From: an uncultured Haloferula sp.
GTDB lineage: Bacteria; Verrucomicrobiota; Verrucomicrobiia; Verrucomicrobiales; Akkermansiaceae
Assembly: GCA_965652295.1 (NCBI GenBank)
Contig: CBFGTS010000001.1
Span: forward strand, 588,493 to 652,492
Reading direction: 5' to 3'
DNA length: 64,000 bases
Shown: piece after piece, positions 1 to 8,627 of the stretch
Position numbering within the stretch: the first letter of the stretch is position 1
Layout: the number at the start of each line of letters is the position of its first letter
Position numbers and translations under genes: made by a program
Notes under the pieces: model-generated
What the model saw: only the letters and a program-made list of their open reading frames with translations
What the model was told of the DNA's origin: nothing
Databases searched by the model: none

Positions 1-738
1 CCCCTGGCGTTGAGCCTCGTCGGCACCTCCCAAGCCAGTTTCGTCCTGATTGACGACTTTGAAAGCTACGCCGACGGCGTGAATGGCACCACCACGACCC
101 CGGCTTGGAATCAAGGATTTCCCGCCGGAGGATCCAATAGCGCTACCACCGTGGTGGGTGCTGATACCGGCAGCGGCCAAGCCCTTCACTACGCCCATGG
201 TGGCAGTGGCGGGCAGATCAATTACTCCTCCGTGGGAACGATCGCGGCGGAAGGCTCCACCGGGACCATCTTCTTCCAATCCTACCTGGATGCCACCGGT
301 TCCGACACGCTGTTCGCATTCGGGCGATCGGGGCTGGGCGCCTACGGAGATCTGGCGACGCTTGTGCGGGTGCCAAGCGACCTCATTGTCGAGGTGCACA
401 ACGGAGGATACGCCAATACCTCGACCACGATCGCGGCGGACACGCTCTATAACTTCTGGGTGGTGATCGACAATTCAGCCAACACCTCCTCGCTGTATTA
501 TTCGGCGGGCGGCCCCGGTGAAACCCCCACCCTGATTCAATCCGGGTTCGTCTTCCGGAACACCACCTCCGGGGACATCAATACCTTTTATCTGGGTACC
601 AACTCGGGATCAGTAGGTTTCCTCGACAACATCTACGTCGATTCCACCGGCGCGAATCTCACGAACCCGGTCCCCGAGCCTTCCATCGCCCTGCTCGGTG
701 GTCTCGGCGTGCTTGGATTGATCCGTCGGCGTCGCTGA
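1..738 (+). CDS. PEP-CTERM sorting domain protein carrying ~210-aa domain 'A' (5'-truncated by window edge)
   Basis: Frame is open from base 1 (PLALSLVGTSQA, the end of a signal peptide). C-terminus VPEPSIALLGGLGVLGLIRRRR is a canonical PEP-CTERM motif followed by a TM helix and basic tail. Confidence 0.92.
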   Translation, partial: PLALSLVGTSQASFVLIDDFESYADGVNGTTTTPAWNQGFPAGGSNSATTVVGADTGSGQALHYAHGGSGGQINYSSVGTIAAEGSTGTIFFQSYLDATGSDTLFAFGRSGLGAYGDLATLVRVPSDLIVEVHNGGYANTSTTIAADTLYNFWVVIDNSANTSSLYYSAGGPGETPTLIQSGFVFRNTTSGDINTFYLGTNSGSVGFLDNIYVDSTGANLTNPVPEPSIALLGGLGVLGLIRRRR

Positions 739-761
739 AGAGATCAGCCCGAACTTCATCC

Positions 762-786
762 GGGGCACGCGCGTGGCGCGTGCCCC
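762..786 (+). terminator. GC-rich stem-loop after the PEP-CTERM gene (weak terminator or mRNA-stabilising hairpin)
   Basis: GGGGCACGCG-cgtgg-CGCGTGCCCC is a perfect 10-bp stem, followed by CTTGTATT. Confidence 0.55.
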
Positions 787-817
787 CTTGTATTCCTCAA
801 CTCTTCCATACGCTGGG

Positions 818-3304
818 ATGAAACACTCAGATACCCAAATCCGTGCCCTTCTCGCTCCTCTGGCGCTGGGTCTCATTGGTGCCGCTCAAGCGCAGTTCAC
901 CTTGGTCGATGACTTCGAAAGCTACACCGCTGGAGTCAACGGCAACACGACGACGCCGCCGTGGGTCCAAGGCTTTCCTGCGGGCGGCGCGAACGCGACC
1001 ACGACGGTCATCGGACCCGATGATGCCGCCGGCCAGGCGCTTCGTTATACCCACGCAGGCAGTGGAGGACAGATCAACTACTCCAACGTCGGAACCATCG
1101 CCGCCGAGGGAGCGGTCGGTACGATTTTCTTCCAAGCCTACCTCGACGCCACCGGTTCCGACACCCTGTTCGCTTTCGGCCGTTCCGGACTCGCGGCCTA
1201 CGGAGATCTCGCGGTGCTTTTCCGGGTTCCCAGCGATCTGATTGTCGAGGTTCACAACGGTGCCTATGCCAATACGGCAACCACCTTGGCGGCCGACACC
1301 CTCTACAACTTCTGGGTGGTCATCGACAACGCGGCGAATACAGCGACGCTCTATTATTCGGCGGGAAATTCCCAGGCAACGCCGATCTCCATCCAGGCGG
1401 GCTTTGCGTTCCGCAATGCAACGGCGGGAGACATCTCCACTTTCTACTTGGGAACAAATGGGGGTTCTACCGGCTTCATCGATAATATCTACATCGATGC
1501 AACCGGCTCCAACCTCGCGAATCCGGCTTTCACCGATACGGATGGAGACGGCCTGGATGATGCCTGGGAACTCACCTATGGCCTGGATCCTGACGATGAC
1601 GGCACCACCGGGGAGAGTTCACCGGGTGCCAAGGACGGTCCGAATGGCGCTTTGGGCGACCCGGATGAGGACGAGCTGTCCAACCTCGGCGAGTATCAGG
1701 CAGGAACGGATCCCCAAGAGCCGGACACGGATGGGGACACGCTCACCGATGGCGAGGAAATCGCCGGCACTTTGAACGCGTTTGCCTCGGGAACCCCGAC
1801 CGATCCCTTGCTGGCGGACAGCGATGGCGACGGCGCGAACGATTTCGAGGAAAACGGCTCGCTGAACACGGCTTTTTCCAACGAGCCGACCGATCCGAAC
1901 GTCGCGGACACTGATGGCGACGGCATGGACGATGCCTACGAGCTGCTTTGCAATACTTCCGGTTCGGCGCTCGATCCGAACGACGATGGCAGTGGTGACC
2001 CGACACAGGCTCCCACCGGAGACCGGGACGGAGATGAACTGACCAATTTGGAGGAGTACCAGGCGTTTCCGCAAACCCGGGCCGATCTCGCTGATACCGA
2101 CGACGATGGCCTGAGCGACAAGGTCGAGGATTCATTTGGTTCGTGGGGCGATGTGGAAGCGACCGGCACCGATCCCACGAACCCCGACACCGATGGCGAT
2201 GGCCTACTCGACGGGGAGGAGAACTTTGATCTGAGCACGTTTAACGGCGGTCCCGGTTTCCCCGGGCAGGGCGTGACGCCCACCAACTCCGACCCGAACC
2301 TGGCGGACACGGACTTCGACGGGTTTTTCGATGGCTACGAGGTGGAGCAGGGAACCGATCCCGACGACGCGGCGGATTTTCCCACCCAACCCGAAGGCTT
2401 CCAGCTGGTGGAGGACTTCGAAGGGACGGGCATGGTCATTGGCCAGACGTTCAATGGCGTGAACGGTTGGGTGGCCCAAATTTCGGATGCCGCGGTGGTG
2501 GAGGATGAGCCGATCGCCGGCGGCGATCAGATCGGCTCCTTCGTCCGGCCCACGGGGCAGGCTCCGTCGTCACTCTATCGCTCGATCGCGAACCTGGGAT
2601 ATCAGGTGCTCGAGGGCAACACGGGCACGTTGTTCATGCAGCTTTACGTCCCGATCGGCGGCGTGGACAACAGCTTCGGATTCTCCGACGTGTCCGCTCC
2701 GGGCTTCGACTTCGGGGCATATGAAGCGCAGCTCGTCATGGCGGGTGCGGCGAATGAACTCCGGGTGCGCGATGCCGGAGCCTTCCGGGTGCGAGGCACC
2801 CATCGGGTGGGCGAGTGGATGAATGTCTGGATCGTGGCGGACAACGGCACGGATACCCTCAGGGTCTTCGTGCAGAGCCCGGCGGCGCAGTCCGGTCAGG
2901 TGGAGATCACGGACGATTTTGGCACGGATGCATACAACTTCCGAAACGGCACGCTGGAGGCGCTCTCCACTTTGTATTTCGCCCACAATGGCGGGACCGA
3001 GCTGCCGGTGCTCTTCGACAACGTCTATGTCGATCCCGGTGCCTCCAACCTCACCACACCCGCGGCGGCCAAACCCGTTCTGGTCACGGGAGCCCCGACG
3101 ATCACCGATGTGTTTTTCGAGAGCGGCGATCTGAAGATCCGGTTCACGCCCGGCGGAACCGGCTTCACGCTCACCTCCTCGAACGATCTGGTCTCGCCCT
3201 TCGTCGAGGAAACCAACGCGACGTACGACGGGATCGACACCTTCACGGTGCCGGCGTCGGCACTGGCTCCGGAGAGGGATTTCTTCCGGGTGGAGGAGCC
3301 CTGA
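818..3304 (+). CDS. Secreted protein: domain A, thrombospondin-3-like Ca-binding repeats, divergent domain A, verrucomicrobial C-terminal domain
   Basis: ATG at 818 (MKHSDT...AAQA signal peptide). N-domain aligns without gaps to gene 1. Many D(T/S)DGDG repeats. Second DFE...W.V.DN...FRN...DN.YVD copy. Ends RDFFRVEEP. Confidence 0.88.
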   Translation: MKHSDTQIRALLAPLALGLIGAAQAQFTLVDDFESYTAGVNGNTTTPPWVQGFPAGGANATTTVIGPDDAAGQALRYTHAGSGGQINYSNVGTIAAEGAVGTIFFQAYLDATGSDTLFAFGRSGLAAYGDLAVLFRVPSDLIVEVHNGAYANTATTLAADTLYNFWVVIDNAANTATLYYSAGNSQATPISIQAGFAFRNATAGDISTFYLGTNGGSTGFIDNIYIDATGSNLANPAFTDTDGDGLDDAWELTYGLDPDDDGTTGESSPGAKDGPNGALGDPDEDELSNLGEYQAGTDPQEPDTDGDTLTDGEEIAGTLNAFASGTPTDPLLADSDGDGANDFEENGSLNTAFSNEPTDPNVADTDGDGMDDAYELLCNTSGSALDPNDDGSGDPTQAPTGDRDGDELTNLEEYQAFPQTRADLADTDDDGLSDKVEDSFGSWGDVEATGTDPTNPDTDGDGLLDGEENFDLSTFNGGPGFPGQGVTPTNSDPNLADTDFDGFFDGYEVEQGTDPDDAADFPTQPEGFQLVEDFEGTGMVIGQTFNGVNGWVAQISDAAVVEDEPIAGGDQIGSFVRPTGQAPSSLYRSIANLGYQVLEGNTGTLFMQLYVPIGGVDNSFGFSDVSAPGFDFGAYEAQLVMAGAANELRVRDAGAFRVRGTHRVGEWMNVWIVADNGTDTLRVFVQSPAAQSGQVEITDDFGTDAYNFRNGTLEALSTLYFAHNGGTELPVLFDNVYVDPGASNLTTPAAAKPVLVTGAPTITDVFFESGDLKIRFTPGGTGFTLTSSNDLVSPFVEETNATYDGIDTFTVPASALAPERDFFRVEEP

Positions 3305-3324
3305 TCCCGGGGTAAGGTCTCTGC

Positions 3325-6300
3325 GTGAAACGAAACCAAGCTTCTTCGCGACTTGCGGCCCCGGTCATCCTCGGATGGCTGGGGTTCGGCTCGTGGGCCG
3401 TGGCGGACTGGAGCCTGATTGAGGATTTCGAGGGGTTCTCACCGGGTGACAGCGGTGGTTTCAGCCAGATTTTCGGCGATCCGGACATCATTTCCGTGGT
3501 TTCGGATCCCTTGGTCGATGGTCTCGGTCTCGGCGTCACGGGAGGCGGCGGCGGCGGTCGGCTGAGCGGAAGCGACGCTCCCTGGGTGATCGCTCCCGAG
3601 GGAGGGAAGGGGACGCTCTTTTTCCAAGCCGCGGCCGTCGCCACGGGCAGCGATCTGCTGTTCGCATTCGGGCGTAGCGGGGTGACGCAGTATTCCTCGC
3701 TTTCGGTGCTCTTCCGCCTGCCCGCGGACCTGATCCTCGAGGTCCACGACGGAGGATACGTCAATACCGGGACCTCGGTCGAACTGAACACGGTTCACAA
3801 TTTCTGGGTGGTCATCGACAACGACACCAACCGTTGGGATTTGTACACTTCAACCGGCGCGGATGCTCCTCAGTTGGTTCAAGATGACATCAGCTTCCGC
3901 AGCACGGTTTCCGGAAACATCGACACGATCTACCTCGGGACGAACTCGGGCTCGATCTATGCGATCGACAACATCTACGCCGACTCGGGTAGCGAGAACC
4001 TCGGCTTTCCGCCGATCTCCGCTCTTCAGCCGGTGGCGGAGACCGATGCGGTCGAGGTTGGCGTGGGCGGGGCGATCCGCTTCGATCCGCTGGCGAACGA
4101 CACGGGCAGCCTCGACCCCGCTTCTCTGGAAATCATTGCCGCTCCGACGCACGGCACGGCCACGGTTTCGGACGGTCGGATGGTCTATCGGCACGATGGC
4201 GGCGTGGCGGCGACGGACAGCTTCAGCTACCGCGTCGGCAACCTGCCCGGAACGGCCCACGCCGAGGCTGTGGTGGCGGTCTCGATCCATGACGCGATGC
4301 GTCTCGCGAACTCGACGCTCCAGGTCCCGGCCGAGCCGCCCTCCGCGGCCACGGGCACCATGGTGATCGAGGATGCCCTTCCGGGGCTGACCTTTCCCGA
4401 GGCGATCGCCATGACGACCATCCCCGGCAGCCCTGAATCGCTGCTAGTGGCCAGCACCCGCGGCGACATCTGGTATGTACCGGACTCCACCGCTGCCAAT
4501 CCGACGCGCCATCTGGTGCTCAATCTCGATTCCCTGACGAATGAAACCCGCGGGCGCAGCATCTATTCACTGGAGTGCTTTCCGGATTTCGCGACCACCG
4601 GCCACATCGTGGTGACCTATCAGGGCGACGCCACCCGGCTACCGCAGCCGACTTCGTCGATCCCGAACCTGGACAAGGATGGCGAGCCCTATTCGACGAT
4701 CACCTGCGACCTGCGGATCTCCCGTTTCACGCTTTCGCCCGCCCATCTCGAGGGGGCGATGGATGGGTTGAGCAGTGGGGAAAACGCGGATGTTCTCGCG
4801 ACCGAATGGCCGTATTTGAATCTCGCGGAGCAGGATTTTTTTCACTCGATCAACGACGCCAAATTCGGGCCGGACGGCTACCTCTACGTCAGCTTTGGCG
4901 ACGAGGGCGATCAGGGTGCGCCGTACCGGAACACGCAGACCATCACCAAGGACCAGTACAGCTCGGTGATCCGCATCGACGTGGATCCTGCATCGACGAA
5001 TCCGAAACCGAATCCGCACTACGCCATCGCCGTCGGTCCCTTGAATGGCAGTCACAGTCCGAACACGCCGTTCACCGATGCGGCGGTGCAGGAACCCAAC
5101 TTCCGCGTGCCGGCGGACAACCCTTTCGTCACCCCGGCCAGGGGCGGAAGCTGGGACGGGTTTTTCAACGGGATCGACCACTCGGCGGTGCTCGATCAGG
5201 TCCGCGATGAGATTTGGGCGGTGGGCTTGCGGAACCCGTTCAAAATCCACATCGACCAGGAAGAGGGCAGCGGGGAGACCGAGGTGTGGGTTGGCGATGT
5301 CGGCAAGAACGACCGCGAGGAATTCACCGTGCTGAAGAAAGGCGGCAATGGCGGCTGGGCCTTCTACGAGGGCGAAATCCTCACGCCGGACCTGAACTAC
5401 ACGCCGCCCGAGCCGGCCGGCTCGAATCCCCATGCGCCGCCGGTTTTCGCCTACCCGCACACCAGCGGCAACAACTCCGCCACCGGCGGCATCGTTTACC
5501 ACGGCACCCGGCTCGCTTCGCTGACCGGCCGCTACCTCGCCGGCGACTTCGGCTCCGGCCGCATATGGAGCATCAGCCGCGATGGCTCGTCGGTGGTCGA
5601 ACTCACCGGGCTGCGCCAAAGTTCGAATCGCATCGTCGATTTCCATCCCGACCCGATCACAGGGGATATCTTCGTGTTGGAAAACAACACCTGGTCCGGC
5701 GGCGCGCTGCCGCGGGTCTTGCGGATCACCTTGCAGGAGGTGGCGCAGGAGGACTATCCGCAGACGCTCTCCGAGCTGGGCATCTTCGCCGACCTCGCCG
5801 ACTTCAGCCCCAATCCCGGGGTGGTGCCCTACGAGGTGAACCTCCGTTTTTGGTCGGACGGCGCGGACAAGTCGCGCTGGTTTTCGATCCCGGACCTCGG
5901 CGATACCATGGGCTACTCGCGTGATGGCAACTGGAGTTTTCCCGAGGGCATGGTGTGGGTGAAGCACTTCGATTTCGACCTCGACCGGTCGCAGCCGGGC
6001 AGCCAGGTGAAGCGCTTGGAAACGCGGGTGCTCGTCCGCAATGCCGGGGGGGCGTATGGCGTTTCCTACCGCTGGAATGAGGAGGGAACGGGCGCGACGC
6101 TGGTGCCCAATGAGGGGCAGGGATTTCCGATCGACTACACCGAGGCCGATGGATCTCCGGCAAGTCTCACCTGGCAGATCCCGGCGCGGGCCGAATGCAT
6201 GACCTGCCACACCGAGTCCGGCGGTCACGCGCTCAGCATGAACACGCGGCAGTTCAATCGCCCCGCCGCCCTTGCGGGACGCGAGGGCAACCTGCTCGGG

Positions 6301-7470
6301 CTTCTCTCCGATGCCGGCTACCTCGCCGGATTCGCCGACGATCCCGCGACGCTGGAAAAGCACCACCGCCCGGATGAGACGGACATCGATATCGAGGCGC
6401 GGGTGCGCTCCTACCTTGATGTCAATTGCGCCTACTGCCACCAGGCCGGCGGCAGCGCGCCGCCTTCGTGGAATGGCCGGGCGCATCTTTCGCTCGCCCA
6501 GACCGGGCTGCTCTACGGCGCGTTGCTCAGTGAGGGGAGCCCCTCGCTTTCCGATCATCTGATCCGGCCGGGAGATAAGAACCACTCGGCGCTGTGGAAC
6601 AAAATCAACGCCCGCGGTGCGATCAACGGCACCTATAACGGCTACACGCAAATGCCGCCGCTTGGCTCAAACGTTCTCGACGAAGAGGCGATCGCCCTGA
6701 TCGCCGAGTGGATCGATCATCACGCGAACGTGGCGCCCGTGCCTGCCAGTGGCAGCCTTGCCGCGGCGGAAGTATCGGAAAACGAACTGGTGGGATACCT
6801 GCTTGGAACTGCCTCCGCCGCCGATCCCGACGTGCGCGATGGCGTGGCGGATCAATCACAGCTCCGCTACCGGATCGCCGGTGGAAACGAAGCCGGGCTG
6901 TTCGGGATCGATGAGTCCACCGGCGAACTCGAGGTCAACGGCATTCTCGACTATGAACGGCAAACTCAGTATTTGCTGACCCTCGAGGTGGACGATGGCT
7001 TCGAACCGAACCCGGGCGTAACGCAACACACGGTGGTCATCGATCTGATCGACGAGACCGCACCCGATGCCACTGCGGATGCGAATGGCAACGGCACCTT
7101 CGACGTCTGGGAGCAAACCTTCGGTCTCGGCCTGGACGCTGCGGCCGATACCGACGGCGACGGAGTCCGGGATTTCTTCGAGTTTCTCAGCGGCGGGGAT
7201 CCGCAAGTGGCGGACCAGCCGGCCACGTTGGCCCTCTCCCACCGAACCGGTGCCGATGGACAGCGCCTTGCCTGGAACGTCCGCAACGGTCTTGCGCTGG
7301 ACGAGCACTACCAGGTGCAGCTCACCGACGGGCTCGACGTATGGACGCCGCTCGGTGCGGGCCAGTATGAGATTCTCTCCGTCACTCCGGTTTCCGCCGG
7401 CGTCTCCCGGGTTGAGATCCGCGTCCCGGCCTCCGGGCCGCGGCAGTTCCTGCGGCTCTCGGCACCTTGA
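3325..7470 (+). CDS. Secreted multidomain protein: domain A, Ig-like, PQQ-dependent glucose/sorbosone dehydrogenase-like beta-propeller, diheme cytochrome c, cadherin-like, C-terminal domain
   Basis: FGPDGYLYVSFGDEG, PADNPF, WAVGLRNP and WVGDVG are GSDH motifs. CMTCH and CAYCH are heme motifs, with MPPLG. LDYERQTQYLLTLEVDD is cadherin-like. Ends RQFLRLSAP. Confidence 0.88.
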   Translation: MKRNQASSRLAAPVILGWLGFGSWAVADWSLIEDFEGFSPGDSGGFSQIFGDPDIISVVSDPLVDGLGLGVTGGGGGGRLSGSDAPWVIAPEGGKGTLFFQAAAVATGSDLLFAFGRSGVTQYSSLSVLFRLPADLILEVHDGGYVNTGTSVELNTVHNFWVVIDNDTNRWDLYTSTGADAPQLVQDDISFRSTVSGNIDTIYLGTNSGSIYAIDNIYADSGSENLGFPPISALQPVAETDAVEVGVGGAIRFDPLANDTGSLDPASLEIIAAPTHGTATVSDGRMVYRHDGGVAATDSFSYRVGNLPGTAHAEAVVAVSIHDAMRLANSTLQVPAEPPSAATGTMVIEDALPGLTFPEAIAMTTIPGSPESLLVASTRGDIWYVPDSTAANPTRHLVLNLDSLTNETRGRSIYSLECFPDFATTGHIVVTYQGDATRLPQPTSSIPNLDKDGEPYSTITCDLRISRFTLSPAHLEGAMDGLSSGENADVLATEWPYLNLAEQDFFHSINDAKFGPDGYLYVSFGDEGDQGAPYRNTQTITKDQYSSVIRIDVDPASTNPKPNPHYAIAVGPLNGSHSPNTPFTDAAVQEPNFRVPADNPFVTPARGGSWDGFFNGIDHSAVLDQVRDEIWAVGLRNPFKIHIDQEEGSGETEVWVGDVGKNDREEFTVLKKGGNGGWAFYEGEILTPDLNYTPPEPAGSNPHAPPVFAYPHTSGNNSATGGIVYHGTRLASLTGRYLAGDFGSGRIWSISRDGSSVVELTGLRQSSNRIVDFHPDPITGDIFVLENNTWSGGALPRVLRITLQEVAQEDYPQTLSELGIFADLADFSPNPGVVPYEVNLRFWSDGADKSRWFSIPDLGDTMGYSRDGNWSFPEGMVWVKHFDFDLDRSQPGSQVKRLETRVLVRNAGGAYGVSYRWNEEGTGATLVPNEGQGFPIDYTEADGSPASLTWQIPARAECMTCHTESGGHALSMNTRQFNRPAALAGREGNLLGLLSDAGYLAGFADDPATLEKHHRPDETDIDIEARVRSYLDVNCAYCHQAGGSAPPSWNGRAHLSLAQTGLLYGALLSEGSPSLSDHLIRPGDKNHSALWNKINARGAINGTYNGYTQMPPLGSNVLDEEAIALIAEWIDHHANVAPVPASGSLAAAEVSENELVGYLLGTASAADPDVRDGVADQSQLRYRIAGGNEAGLFGIDESTGELEVNGILDYERQTQYLLTLEVDDGFEPNPGVTQHTVVIDLIDETAPDATADANGNGTFDVWEQTFGLGLDAAADTDGDGVRDFFEFLSGGDPQVADQPATLALSHRTGADGQRLAWNVRNGLALDEHYQVQLTDGLDVWTPLGAGQYEILSVTPVSAGVSRVEIRVPASGPRQFLRLSAP

Positions 7471-7482
7471 GAGAAAAACCGG

Positions 7483-7674
7483 CCAGGGCTCCTCCATTAG
7501 GGAGCGAGCCGGGCCCTGCTTGGAACAAAATGGTTTTCGGGACCAGGATGGATGGGATGAATAGGATGGAAATGCAGGGAACCGCATCCGGCAGCTTCAA
7601 AATATCTCATCCATCCTATCCATCCTGGTCCACCAACAGCAGTGGTCCTCGTTTTCTCCCTAACGTAGCCCTGG
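7483..7674. repeat. Nested imperfect inverted repeat (REP/MITE-like) filling the gap between convergent genes
   Basis: Core arms 7540-7562 and 7609-7631 are complementary at 21/23 positions and built from GGAT-containing 9-mers. Outer pairs: CCAGGGCT/AGCCCTGG and TTAGGGAG/CTCCCTAA. Confidence 0.7.
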
Positions 7675-7709
7675 AAAACCGGCGGCTTCGTCCGCGCCAT
7701 GCGGGCTCA

Positions 7710-8441
7710 TCAGCCCAGCGTTCCCGTTCCGGAACGGGCGATCTTGATGAAGACCTCATCGAGGTCGCGGCCGGCAAAGCGTTGGGTGATCTCCGCCGTG
7801 GTGCCCTCGGCGAGGATCGTTCCCTCGTGCAGGAAGAGCACGCGGTCGCAGACTTCCTCGATATCGCGCATGTTGTGGGAGGTGTAGAGGATCGCCGGAT
7901 GGCGTTCGCGCTGCACGCGGCGGATGAGCTTGCGGACCTTGTCGGCGATGTCGGGATCGAGCGACGCGGTCGGCTCGTCGAGCAGCAGCAGCTCCGGGTC
8001 GTTGAGCAGCGCCTTGGCGAGGTTCACGCGGGTGCTCTCGCCCGCCGAGAGCTGCCCGGTCACCTTGTCGGCGAGGCGCTCGATTTCGAGGATCCCGAGC
8101 AGCTCGTCCACCTTGCGGCGGGGGTTTTTCACACCGTAGAGACGGGCGAAGATTTCGAGATTGGCACGGACCCGGAGGTTCCCGGGAAGGGTCGCGTAGG
8201 TGGTGCAGAAATTGGTGCGTTCGAGGATCTTGATACGGTGCTTGGCGAGATCGAGGCCGAAGACGTGGATCGATCCGGAGGTCGGCGTGATCAGCCCGAG
8301 GATCATGTTCATCAGCGTCGTCTTGCCGGCCCCGTTGACGCCCAGCAGGCCCACCGTCTCGCCCTTCGCCACGTTCAGCGAGACGTGGTTCACGGCGGTG
8401 AAGGAGCCGAAGCTTTTGCGGATTTCGTGGATCTCCAGCAT
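7710..8441 (-). CDS. ABC transporter ATP-binding protein (NodI/CcmA-like exporter ATPase)
   Basis: Walker A GVNGAGKTT, signature LSAGE, Walker B LLLLDEPT, H-loop YTSH. Start chosen at MLEIHEIRK. Confidence 0.93.
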   Translation of the reverse strand: MLEIHEIRKSFGSFTAVNHVSLNVAKGETVGLLGVNGAGKTTLMNMILGLITPTSGSIHVFGLDLAKHRIKILERTNFCTTYATLPGNLRVRANLEIFARLYGVKNPRRKVDELLGILEIERLADKVTGQLSAGESTRVNLAKALLNDPELLLLDEPTASLDPDIADKVRKLIRRVQRERHPAILYTSHNMRDIEEVCDRVLFLHEGTILAEGTTAEITQRFAGRDLDEVFIKIARSGTGTLG

Positions 8442-8627
8442 GAGGTCGCGGGGCTGGAGGATCTCTGGCGAGAAGAGGGGGAAATGCAACGAAACAATGG
8501 GTGCGCGCGGTTCCGGGGCATCGCTTCGGGAGGGGATTTGCCCTCTTTCTGCACCCTTTGAAGGATGGGGACAGGTGCGGCTTGTCAAAAAGCTGCTCAC
8601 TTCCGATATCCATCCCGCCGACTCCCC

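Noticed and set aside
40..1525. Domain A repeat pair as a diversity-generating retroelement TR/VR
   Set aside because: Both copies are coding, the differences are mostly synonymous and not adenine-specific, and no reverse transcriptase is in the window.
1530..2400. Periodic GAYACSGAYGGCGAYGG-like repeats as a CRISPR array
   Set aside because: They are degenerate in-frame DxDGDG protein repeats with irregular spacing, and no cas genes are present.
4639..6651. 670-aa minus-strand ORF (also 8715-9755, 25964-27517, 34016-35767, 36419-38119, 38125-39888, 43606-45912, 54378-56294)
   Set aside because: These are antisense shadows of well-supported genes. They are expected in high-GC DNA with strong codon bias and carry no recognisable motifs.
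7467..8561. 364-aa plus-strand ORF
   Set aside because: It is antisense to the ABC ATPase and runs through the intergenic palindrome; no protein motifs.
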